Below, piece after piece: positions 38,785 through 48,460 of a stretch of DNA of 64,000 nt (position 1 is its first letter; each line of letters begins with the position of its first letter). This DNA comes from Bdellovibrionales bacterium. Lineage in GTDB: Bacteria; Bdellovibrionota; Bdellovibrionia; Bdellovibrionales; JAUICD01. The stretch is taken from assembly GCA_965262715.1 (NCBI GenBank), contig OZ253553.1, positions 832,001 through 896,000 on the forward strand, read 5' to 3'. A program made the position numbers and the translations under genes. The notes under the pieces were generated by a model. The model searched no databases. It saw nothing but the letters and a program-made list of their open reading frames with translations, and was not told where the DNA came from.

Positions 38785-40506
38785 GATCTTCCTCCTGATC
38801 TTATAGCTTTTTATAGCTAAAATTCAGGAATCTCAAGTGAGTTACTTTATCACTTAACTCTCCAGTTTATGGGGTACAGACCAAGTATTATCTAAAGAGT
38901 TAGAGATAATTCCTGCTAGTAAGTTATTAAAAGAGATTGATGTTAAAGACACTTTTATATTAGGTCCCTTACTTATAATAGATGCTATTTTCAAACAATT
39001 AAATCTCTATGAATTATTAACAGATTTAAAACAAAAGCACCCTAAAGTACAATTTGATTTTGTTAAGATTATTTTTACATTGGTTATAAGCCGTTTTGTA
39101 GAGCCATGTTCTAAGCTTAAAGTATTTTCACACTGGCAGAAGTTATTTTACCCTGATTTTTTAGAAGAGGAGCTTCATCTTCAAGACATTTATCGTTCTT
39201 TAGATATTCTAAGTAAGCATAAGGAAGATATAGAGAAGACTCTTTATACACAAGGTAAGTCTCAGTTAAGTTTTTTCAATGAGTGTGATGTTATTTTGTA
39301 TGATTTAACGACATTGAGATTTGAGAGTACCCGAGAGGATTTAGATAATCTTCGAAGATTTGGTTATAGCAAAGAGAAGAGGAGTGATTGTACCCAGGTG
39401 GTATTTGGACTTTTAGTAGATAGAGAAGGTATGCCCTTAGGCTTTGATGTTTATCCTGGAAATACCTTTGAAGGTAAAACCATACCTTCAGTTATGGAGA
39501 AACTAAAAAAGAAGTTTAAGATCAGAAGATTTATATTAGTAGGAGATAGAGGTTTATTTTCTAATGAGAATTTACAATCTGTAAAAGCAAAGGGAGATGA
39601 ATTTATAGTAGGATTAAAGCTAGGTTTATTAAAGGATCGTCATGCAGAGATATACAATTTAAAGAATTTTAAATTTATAAATGAAAATTTAGCTATATAC
39701 GAGACGAGTTATAATGATAATCGTTGTATAATTACCTGGTCAAGAAAGAGAGCAGAACGAGATAAGAAAGTAAGAGAAGATATTCTATCTAAGTTAGAAG
39801 ATAAGCTTTCAAAATCGTCATCAAGCACAAAGGATTTTGTATCTAATAGCAATTATAAGAAGTATATTATTCATCCTAAGAGTAAAGGCAAGCCTACTTT
39901 AAATAAGTCAGCCATAGAACAATCAGAGAGGACAGATGGTTTTTTTGGAATCATTACAAATACAGATAGTTTAAGTTCTGAAGAGATTATAACGAACTAT
40001 AAGCAATTATGGAAGGTAGAGAATTCATTTAGAGAATTGAAAGGTACATTAAAGACACGTCCTATGTTCCACTGGACAGATAAGAGGATCTTAGGACATT
40101 TAGTTGTGTGTTTTTTATCTTACTTATGTGAGGCTTATTTTTCAAAGAAGTTACATCAGAGAAACATCACATTAAAAGATAAAGCAATTACAGACAAGAG
40201 AATAAAGTCAAGGCCATTGAGTGTGGCAGAAGCTATGTCAAAGCTGAAAGAAGTACGAGCTATACCTGTGAGGATAAAGGATAAGACACTTTGGATCAGA
40301 ACAGATATTAACGGTAACAATGCTGATGTATTTAAAGCTATAGGAGCAAAGATCCCATCAAAACAACTTAAAGTAGAATCTACTTAGACCTACAAACAAT
40401 CTCTTAAATCTCTACCACAAAATCAAAATGTAGTGGTACAAAATCACACATCCACTGTAACTAACTAAAATAACTTAACTTTATTTTCGCAACTGTCAAA
40501 CTCAGG

Positions 40507-40695
40507 ATTTGGGTATTTGGCAAATTTCAAATTATCTAAGCCCATAAGCTTTAGTTACAGTTTTCAAATAGAAGAATTGAACACAAATGGTAATAGGGAA
40601 ATTCTTTTCTTGTGTTTTTTCTTACTAAAAAGAAAATATAAGGAGTTATTTTCAAAAAAGGCACATATTGTATCAATTTGCAACGGTCCTGGACT
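40507..40695. repeat. 189-bp direct repeat (right target duplication of IS1634 element 2)
   Basis: Matches 37042-37230. Confidence 0.93.
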
Positions 40696-40754
40696 TTTTC
40701 ATGACCTTAATGCCATATCGAAAAAAGATAGAAACTTCGAATAACTCAATAAAA

Positions 40755-40932
40755 TCAATAACTTGATAGTGTAACTTACGTACAAAAGTTACAGTCCTGT
40801 CCCCTTAAAATCATTGATGTTTTTGGTCATTTTCCACACCAAAGACTATTAGCAATTAAAGCTCTTCAATACCTGTATCGGTAGTTATTTCAATAACTTA
40901 ATACTGTAACTTTTGTACGTAAGTTACAGTCC
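40755..40932. other. Pair of TGTAACTT-N8-AAGTTACA sites (40770-40793, 40905-40928) with reverse-complementary spacers; candidate recombination or operator sites
   Basis: Spacers acgtacaa and ttgtacgt; both sites preceded by tcaataacttRata; third copy at 60721-60760. Confidence 0.6.
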
Positions 40933-41084
40933 AGGTAGGCTAAAAACCAAGTCTTTTAGCTTGGTTTTAAAGATTTACATTTTTGATATTTTTACTTATT
41001 TTACCTTTCAAATTTTTGGACAACTAGCAGTACATAGCACATAAAAGAAGGTTCGTAATACAACGATGATGAAAGTATAGAGCA

Positions 41085-44000
41085 ATGAAAAAAATAATGA
41101 AATTCTTTAGGGTTATAAAAAAACGAAACATAAAAAAGCATTTTTTGTTAAGTTTTAATAATGCCTTTTATCTACTTCTATTGGCTTCACTTTTCTTGTT
41201 ATTAGCTTTTCAAAACTGCGGTTCAAATGTAAGTCAAGCTCCTAACCTGTTTTCTGAACAAACGGTATCTAATGATAAAGGTTATATTATTGCTTATTTA
41301 CCATCAGAAGATGAAAGCATCTCGATAGAAGATTATTTCCTAATTGATAGTGATGTGAAACTAAAGGTTATGAATAGTCATTCTGATTCTGAAGATTTTA
41401 AATGGAAAATCACTAGAGCCTTTGAAACTATTACTGATGGAGAAGAGACAACAACTGAACCAGAATACCAACATAAATTCGAACAATATGGAAGTTACGA
41501 TATTTTTGCTACATCTTATAAAAGCTCTGATTTGTTAACCGTGGCCAGTAAAAGACTTGTGATTGGTGAGGAATGCTCATTAACAGATGTCTTAGAGATA
41601 TTTCTTGAAAGCGGTTCTTTGACTGTTGGACAGACTGCCACTTTTGAATTAAAGAATGCTATAGATTTTTCGAACATCTTATGGAAGGTCACATTACCTT
41701 CTTCAACTGAGGAGACAAACGAAGATGATAGTGAAAGTATTGAATTAGACTTTACCAATGAATCTGCTGGTTCTGTTACTATTGAGGTGTCTGCAGAAGA
41801 TCCTGACAATTCTGATTGCCTCACCTATCGAAAACAAGTTTTGCAAGTGAGCTCTAATTCTAAACCTCATTTTAATCCAATAATTATTAAACATAATGAT
41901 GAAGAAATTGCTGTGATGTTAGAAAGTAATAACATTTATAAGTATTTAAGACCTGAAGGTGGAACTTGGACATTACATACAAATATTCAAAATGCTAATC
42001 AATGTGAACTTCAAATTGATAGTGGCAGTGAGGATGTACTAAATTGCAGTGATGGTGTAATAGACATCACTTCAACTGAAGTCTGTGTAAAAAGTACTAT
42101 AGCAATACAAGCTTCAACCTCTTCTTCTACCACTATAGATAGTCAAACTTCGGCAGATGATATAGTTGAACAGTTTTATTATAATTACTGTCCATCAGAT
42201 GGCAGCTATTGTTATTTTTCCGGACCTTTACCTGGTCCATTAAGTTATCAGACCTGTGACAATTCTATATTAGGCCAAGCTGTTACACGCAATCCATCTT
42301 CAATCGTAAATGGAGAATGTAATAACTCCGTCAAAAATGGTTGTATTCAAGGTACTTTAAATGACATAGATGATTCAGAAACTCATTATCAGTGGCAGTG
42401 TTTAGGTACCAACGATGGCACTGATGCTACAGGTTGCTGCAGTATGGCCATTGATACAGCAGCACCAATAAATGGTGTTTGCGGCGATGACACCATCAGA
42501 AATGGTTGTACTGCTGGGACTCCAGACGACGGCGCAATAGCTGATACAAGTACTCATTATACATGGCATTGTGTTGGCTCAAATGGTGGTGCAACAGCAA
42601 GTTGTACAAAAGCTATACCTCCTGTCAACGGCGTTTGTAATAACAGTCAACAAAATGGTTGTTCTTCGGGCACAGCAAATGATGCAGCTATAGCCGATAC
42701 AAACACTCATTATACATGGCACTGTGAAGGTTCAAATGGAGGCAGCACTGCTACAAATTGTCAAAAAGCAAAATCTGCACCAGTAAACGGCGTTTGTAAT
42801 AACAGTCAACAAAATGGTTGTTCTTCGGGCACAGCAAATGATGCAGCTATAGCCGATACAAACACTCATTATACATGGCACTGTGAAGGTTCAAATGGAG
42901 GCAGCACTGCTACAAATTGTCAAAAAGCAAAATCTGCACCAGTAAACGGTGTTTGTAATAATAATCAAAGAAATAGCTGTTCTTCGGGCACTGCAAACGA
43001 TGGCGCAATAGCCGATACAAATACACATTATACATGGCACTGCGTAGGTGCAAATGGAGGCACTACTGCTACAAATTGTCAAAAAGAGAAACCTGTTAAC
43101 GGTGCTTGTAATAATGCTCAAAGAAATGGCTGTTCTTCGGGCACTGCAAACGATGGCGCAATAGCTGATACAAATACACATTATACATGGCATTGTGTAG
43201 GTGCAAATGGCGGCACTACTGCTACAAACTGTCAAAAGGCAAAACCTGTTAAAGGTATTTGTAATAACAGTCAACAAAATGGTTGTTCTTCCGGCACAGC
43301 AAATGACTCAGCTATAACCGATACAAATACTCATTATACATGGCACTGTGTGGGTAAAAATGGAGGCAGTACTGCTACAAATTGTCAAAAGGCGAAACCT
43401 GCATCAGTAAACGGTGTTTGTAATAACAGTCAGCGAAATGGCTGCTCTGCTGGCAGAGCAAACGACGCCGTAATAGTCGATACAAATACACATTATACAT
43501 GGCACTGTGAAGGTTCAAATGGCGGCACTACAGCACAAAGTTGTCAAAAACTAATGCCTATCCATGGCGTTTGTGATAACAGTAAACAAAATAGCTGCTC
43601 TTCCGGCACTCCAAACGACGGCGTTATTGCAGATACAAATACACATTATACATGGTACTGCATAGGTGCAAATGGCGGCACTACTGCTATAGATTGTCAA
43701 AAGCTGATACCTATCGATGCCGTTTGTGATCAAAGCCAAAGAAATGGTTGCTCTGCTGGGACTGCAAAGGCATTGCCAGATAATACACATTCCACCCTTT
43801 ATCTATGGACTTGTGAAGGTTTGCATGGAGGTGGAAATCAAAGTTGTACTAGATTAAAAAGTATCATCGAAGGAGTTTGTGATAACAGCCAACGAAATGG
43901 CTGCAGCTCTGGGACTCCAGACGATGGCGCAATAAATGATACAGATACACATTATACATGGCTCTGTATGGGTGCAAATGGCGGCGCTACTGCTACAAAT

Positions 44001-44171
44001 TGTCAGATACAGAAAACACCTATCAATGGTTCTTGTAATCTGGGGCAAAGGAATGGTTGCTATTCGGGCACTCCAAAGGCACAGCCAGATGATGAGATAA
44101 ATAACTCTTATGTATGGCTTTGTGAAGGTTCAAATGGCGGCAAAACAGCAAGATGTTTCAAACGAAGATAA
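41085..44171 (+). CDS. Large surface lipoprotein: Ig/PKD-like N-terminal half plus 12 four-Cys repeats of ~51-53 aa
   Basis: LAFQNCG lipobox; repeat consensus PVNGVCNNSQxNGCSSGTANDxAIADTNTHYTWHCxGxNGGxTATNCQK. Confidence 0.88.
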   Translation: MKKIMKFFRVIKKRNIKKHFLLSFNNAFYLLLLASLFLLLAFQNCGSNVSQAPNLFSEQTVSNDKGYIIAYLPSEDESISIEDYFLIDSDVKLKVMNSHSDSEDFKWKITRAFETITDGEETTTEPEYQHKFEQYGSYDIFATSYKSSDLLTVASKRLVIGEECSLTDVLEIFLESGSLTVGQTATFELKNAIDFSNILWKVTLPSSTEETNEDDSESIELDFTNESAGSVTIEVSAEDPDNSDCLTYRKQVLQVSSNSKPHFNPIIIKHNDEEIAVMLESNNIYKYLRPEGGTWTLHTNIQNANQCELQIDSGSEDVLNCSDGVIDITSTEVCVKSTIAIQASTSSSTTIDSQTSADDIVEQFYYNYCPSDGSYCYFSGPLPGPLSYQTCDNSILGQAVTRNPSSIVNGECNNSVKNGCIQGTLNDIDDSETHYQWQCLGTNDGTDATGCCSMAIDTAAPINGVCGDDTIRNGCTAGTPDDGAIADTSTHYTWHCVGSNGGATASCTKAIPPVNGVCNNSQQNGCSSGTANDAAIADTNTHYTWHCEGSNGGSTATNCQKAKSAPVNGVCNNSQQNGCSSGTANDAAIADTNTHYTWHCEGSNGGSTATNCQKAKSAPVNGVCNNNQRNSCSSGTANDGAIADTNTHYTWHCVGANGGTTATNCQKEKPVNGACNNAQRNGCSSGTANDGAIADTNTHYTWHCVGANGGTTATNCQKAKPVKGICNNSQQNGCSSGTANDSAITDTNTHYTWHCVGKNGGSTATNCQKAKPASVNGVCNNSQRNGCSAGRANDAVIVDTNTHYTWHCEGSNGGTTAQSCQKLMPIHGVCDNSKQNSCSSGTPNDGVIADTNTHYTWYCIGANGGTTAIDCQKLIPIDAVCDQSQRNGCSAGTAKALPDNTHSTLYLWTCEGLHGGGNQSCTRLKSIIEGVCDNSQRNGCSSGTPDDGAINDTDTHYTWLCMGANGGATATNCQIQKTPINGSCNLGQRNGCYSGTPKAQPDDEINNSYVWLCEGSNGGKTARCFKRR

Positions 44172-44591
44172 CAGTCAACGAAATAGCTGCTCTCAAGCTT
44201 TCCATTCGTGGTATTGAGGAGCTAACTCAATATTCATGGTCAAAAAGCTCTATTTTAAGGGCTTTAAGAGAGCATAAGATCAAAAGTAATATTTATACAT
44301 GAATTTTTAAAAACAGGAGGAAATAATGGAAATATTCATTAAAATGATTATAAATATCTCATTGCTACTTGGATCAGGTTACCCACGCCAAAGAGCTTTT
44401 ATTCGATGTTGAGCAAGTAGCCATGAAGAGAGTCAAAAAAGGACTTTCATCATCAGAAGGCCTTGCTAAAAAACTCACTGGCACAAAGTTACCCTTCTGA
44501 TGACTTAAGAGATAAGAATGGAAATGGAGATAGGTATTGTATTTGCTCCAGCCTTACTACTTGCAGCACAAGCATAGCTTGTAAGAATTGG

Positions 44592-44666
44592 TGCTGTTTA
44601 TAGCAAAGGCAAGTTCTTCCGCTTAAGCTTTAGCTCGAGGATTACTTGACTTTGCTATAAACATCA
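44592..44666 (-). repeat. Family-2 palindromic element
   Basis: Reverse complement: tgatgtttatagcaaag-tcaagtaatcctcgagctaaagcttaagcggaagaacttgc-ctttgctataaacagca. Confidence 0.8.
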
Positions 44667-44811
44667 AAGCACATCCCTTCAAATAAAATAATTTAATATA
44701 ATCTTTCACAATAATTAAAACTTTGTTGGAATATGGTCTTGTTGCACAAAGATTTAAATAGTTTTTATTTTATTTATTTTTTAAGTAAGATTGTTACTTA
44801 ATATTTTTTTA

Positions 44812-45729
44812 TCAAGCTGAAAGAGAAGAAGGCACAATCATCTGATTAAGGATTTTACATTTAATAAACACTTCATTTGCTTGACGATGAAATTCTCTAG
44901 AAGATAATTTATCACCTAATAAAGTTTTAAATCTATACATAGCTGTTTCTGATATAGACCTCCTGTGATATTTATGTTTTTTTTTCCACTTCTTTCTACC
45001 CATCTTCTTGATTTCTCTAATATAAGTATCTCTAAGAAGCGGCGATCCCCGACAATTTCCATGCCTCTTAATCACAGCATTCTTTCTAGGTGGAGCAACC
45101 AATTTTATACTTCTATCACTTGTAAACTGATAACAATTCTTACAGTCATAAGCCCCATCAACTGAAACTTGGCCTATCTCATCTTCATATCCTGTCAATA
45201 ACTCTTCAAAAACCTCATTATCCTTTACAGAATTATCACTTAAAACAGATGCCTTAATCTGGGAATTTGACTCATCTACCGCTAAATGTAGCTTCTTCCA
45301 TGTCCTTCTCTTAGAATACCCATGCTGACGGACTTTCCACTCTCCCTCCCCATAAACTTTAAGACCTGTGGAATCAATGACAATATGAGGATTCTTGTGA
45401 GAAGATAGCTTTCTTTCTAGTTTTACTGATAACTTCTGTAATCTTCTGCAAAGAGTTGTATAATTAGGTATTTCTATATCAAGACCCATAAGTTCAACTA
45501 GGGATTTAGCAAAACCTTCTGTAGATCGCAATTTTAAACCAAATATGAATCTTAATATATTAAGAGTTTCAATAGCTTTATCAGAGTAAACTTGTTGACC
45601 CCCTTGCTTTGAAGAACATTTTGCATACCAAGATTTGACGATATCTGCTGAAAACCAAAAAGTGATTTGACCTCTATTGACTAGAGACTTATTATAAAGA
45701 CTCCAGTTTATTTTTTTATTTTTACCCAT
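44812..45729 (-). CDS. IS5/IS903-group transposase
   Basis: NWSLYNKSLVNRG, IDSTGLKVYGEGEW, WKKLHLAVD, DGAYD, YHRRSISETAMYRFK. ATG 45729 has an AAGGAG RBS; the ORF track starts at 45798. Confidence 0.95.
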   Translation of the reverse strand: MGKNKKINWSLYNKSLVNRGQITFWFSADIVKSWYAKCSSKQGGQQVYSDKAIETLNILRFIFGLKLRSTEGFAKSLVELMGLDIEIPNYTTLCRRLQKLSVKLERKLSSHKNPHIVIDSTGLKVYGEGEWKVRQHGYSKRRTWKKLHLAVDESNSQIKASVLSDNSVKDNEVFEELLTGYEDEIGQVSVDGAYDCKNCYQFTSDRSIKLVAPPRKNAVIKRHGNCRGSPLLRDTYIREIKKMGRKKWKKKHKYHRRSISETAMYRFKTLLGDKLSSREFHRQANEVFIKCKILNQMIVPSSLSA

Positions 45730-45860
45730 CTCTAGCTCCTTCTGATTTAGTGATTGTGAAAGTTGGGGATGGGTAAATTTTATAATCATTAAAAACAAAA
45801 AATCAAAGTAATAGATATATCAAACTCATAAAAGATCTTATTGCATAAAAATTTAAGAAT

Positions 45861-46014
45861 GAGATTTGTGAAAGACTTCTGAAATAGGACTAGGCTAGCG
45901 GCTTAGGGTAAATATCTCTTAAACTATTTTATTCTATAATAAAATCTTAAAATAATAGCAATACAAGGCACGGGGGCCCTCTAAGGACTATGGAAGATGC
46001 CTTTCACAAATCTC
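45861..46014 (+). repeat. Family-3 IR-bounded element inside the IS903-like 5' region; homologs at ~48113-48246 and 36705-36783 (both minus strand)
   Basis: gagatttgtgaaag/ctttcacaaatctc ends; shared internal tattttattctataat...atacaaggcacggggg. Confidence 0.7.
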
Positions 46015-46340
46015 TGGCTTATAAACTAAATGATGTTTGTGCAACAAGGCCTTGGAATATTAATCTTAAAATGATATAACTTTTAAAAATATCTATAAAC
46101 ACAAAAGAGTTGCACTTGCAGTTTGAAGTTACGATTTAATGTTTTTACAAGTTTTTTCACTTAATTTTTCTTTTCAAAAAAAATATAATATGCTAATCTT
46201 TTTTCAAGTTAGGTATGCTTAGTTTAAGAAATACTTTTTTTGTGTTATTTTTTTAATAAATAGTTGTGTCAGAAACTATATTTGTGAACTAAATTCACTA
46301 CTAGATATGAGATGAAAAACCAGAACTAAAAAAGGATTTA

Positions 46341-48008
46341 ATGATGCGCTCTCATAAAATTACTTTATTTTGCCTTATTTTATTATTATCAAAAAATCTG
46401 CTAGCTGTTCCATCAACCTCTCAAAAGGTTATGATTTCTTCAGAATCTCTTGGAGCCATCTTGGCGGGTCAAACTATAGCTAGACAAGGAGGAAATGTTG
46501 TAGATATTGCAGTAGCAAGCGCGCTGGCTATGTCAGTGGAGCTGCCACAAAGTGCTTCTTTAGGTGGTGGAGGGTTTGCTCTCATTAAAATAGGCTCTCA
46601 AGTTGATGTGTTAGATTATAGAGAAGTAGCACCTAATGCCACTTCTCCAGACTTTTATAAAACAAAACCTAAAACAGCTTCTATTGATGGAGCTCATGCT
46701 ATAGGTGTCCCAGGAGTTGTAGCGGGATTATATGCTTTACACAAAAAATACGGTCGATTAAAGTGGAAGAGACTTTTTAAACCAGCCCTTCAAATTGCAA
46801 GAAAAGGCTTTATTATTTCTACAGAAATGCATGAAATCATTAAATCAAATGCAGCACGTTTTTCAACCGCTGGGCACACTCTTCTAATGAATAAAAAGCA
46901 GGCTAAAAGACCTGGAGATACCATAAAGTATCGAGGTATGTATGCTGCCCTCAAGAAAATCCGCAGAAAAGGAGATAGAGGCTTCTATGAGGGTCCAATA
47001 GCTAAAGATATTATCAATACTATCACATCTTTAGGTGGTGTGATGACTCTTGAAGATTTGTTAAACTATAAAGTGCGTTGGCTAAAACCAATTACTTTAG
47101 ATTTTAAAGGTTATAAAGTCTATTCTATGCCTCTTCCTAGCACAGGCGGTATTGTGCTTGCATCAGCCCTACGTCTTACTCAAAAGCTTAACCTCAATGA
47201 ATACTCTGCTTTTTCTAGTACGGAAGCTCATTTAATAGCAGAAATTTTAGCTCGTGCTTTTAGGGGACGATCTCTCCTGGGAGACTCTGACTTTTTTAAA
47301 GATAGTCCTCATGAAATGCTTTTATCAAATAAATATCTTGAAGATTTAGGTAAAACAATTGAGCTTAAAAAAACCTTAGCTTTACCTCCTCTTATCATTC
47401 CTAAAAAGAAGACTTCACAACAAAAGGAAAGCAATCAAACTACACATTTAGCTGTTATAGATCACCAAGGAAATGCTGTATCCCTCACAACAACTTTAAA
47501 TGGGAACTTTGGATCTGGTGTCTTTAGTCAAAAATTTGGTATTTCACTGAATAATGAAATGGATGATTTTACAACAAGACATGGTCAGCCTAATATGTTC
47601 GGACTTATACAAGGTTTAGGTAACAAGGTAGAACCAGGTAAAAGACCTTTAAGTTCTATGAGTCCTACTATTATCACAAAAGATGGAAAAGCCGTTTTAG
47701 CCTTAGGAGCAAGAGGGGGTCCTCGAATTATCAGTGCTGTTTTTCAAGTGATCTATCGTGTTTTAGTCAATGAATTTGATATAGATCTTGCGGTGCAATC
47801 TCCTAGAATACATCATCAATTTTTACCTCATGTTATTTTTCATGATCCTCATCGTATCAGCAAAGATGTTCTAGATAATTTAAAAAGGAAAGGACATAAA
47901 TTAAAACCTGGATCAATAGGAAAAGTTATTGCTGTGGGTAGAAGAAAGGACAATATTCTTGTAGGAACTTTTGATGCAAGAGGGGTAGGGAAAGCTGCTG
48001 GTTTGTAA
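46341..48008 (+). CDS. ggt: Gamma-glutamyltransferase
   Basis: Signal peptide; GGGGF, DYRE.AP, TTH autocleavage site, NNEMDDF, PGKRPLSSMSP. Confidence 0.95.
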   Translation: MMRSHKITLFCLILLLSKNLLAVPSTSQKVMISSESLGAILAGQTIARQGGNVVDIAVASALAMSVELPQSASLGGGGFALIKIGSQVDVLDYREVAPNATSPDFYKTKPKTASIDGAHAIGVPGVVAGLYALHKKYGRLKWKRLFKPALQIARKGFIISTEMHEIIKSNAARFSTAGHTLLMNKKQAKRPGDTIKYRGMYAALKKIRRKGDRGFYEGPIAKDIINTITSLGGVMTLEDLLNYKVRWLKPITLDFKGYKVYSMPLPSTGGIVLASALRLTQKLNLNEYSAFSSTEAHLIAEILARAFRGRSLLGDSDFFKDSPHEMLLSNKYLEDLGKTIELKKTLALPPLIIPKKKTSQQKESNQTTHLAVIDHQGNAVSLTTTLNGNFGSGVFSQKFGISLNNEMDDFTTRHGQPNMFGLIQGLGNKVEPGKRPLSSMSPTIITKDGKAVLALGARGGPRIISAVFQVIYRVLVNEFDIDLAVQSPRIHHQFLPHVIFHDPHRISKDVLDNLKRKGHKLKPGSIGKVIAVGRRKDNILVGTFDARGVGKAAGL

Positions 48009-48460
48009 ATTCTAATAAGGTAATCATAATAGTTTCTAAGATACTTTAATTATTAGAAGCTTATCTTACAAAGTGCTAGTTCTATTATTTGAGCTTACCT
48101 TAATGTAATGATCTAGTTATAGCAGGCATCCCCCGTGCCTTGTATCTCTGTTATTTTAAAAGTCTATTATAGAATAAAATATTTTATATAAGCCTTGTCT
48201 CATAAGGTACTGGCCTAGGCTTATTCCAGAAGCCCACCATAACTCTATCTCAATATTGTAAAATGCAAAACTTATTTTGTCAGATCGCTTCTAATTGCTT
48301 TTGTTTGGTTTTTGTATCTTGAATTTGCTTAAAGCTGCTTAGAGTTAGGATTATAATGCCTTATCATTTATTTTATTGTGACATGTTTATCGTTGACATG
48401 CTAGTAAAAGCTATGTTAGACCACTTGTTTTGAAATTAAATAAGAAATAGGGAGATAATA

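Larger units (their letters stand above)
37572..38878 (-). mobile_element. IS3-family insertion sequence
   Basis: TG...CA ends (tgtaccctttatttggag / ctccagtttatggggtaca); orfA and orfB with a -1 frameshift site; no clean TSD. Confidence 0.92.
37415..40387 (+). pseudogene. IS1634 transposase split by IS3 (N-terminal part 37415-37571; remainder 38879-40387)
   Basis: MFIRSTRNPRRDIYYHLVESY... aligns with the N-terminus of 16868-18511; the frame from 38879 (DQVLSKELEIIPASKLLKEIDVKD) continues into ORF 39080-40387. Confidence 0.88.
37231..40506 (+). mobile_element. IS1634-family element interrupted by an IS3-family element
   Basis: TIRs cctgagtttgacactt / aactgtcaaactcagg; 189-bp DR; split transposase. 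Confidence 0.92.
44735..46051 (-). mobile_element. IS5-family (IS903 group) insertion sequence
   Basis: TIRs ggtcttgttgcacaaa / tttgtgcaacaaggcc; 9-bp TSD ttggaatat (44726-44734, 46052-46060). Confidence 0.95.

Noticed and set aside
37052..40744. ORFs 37052-37300 and 40517-40744
   Set aside because: TTG-start ORFs inside the 189-bp IS direct repeat; no support for coding
42297..44171. Repeat variants as a diversity-generating retroelement TR/VR pair
   Set aside because: No reverse transcriptase in the window; differences are not adenine-specific and all repeats are in-frame coding
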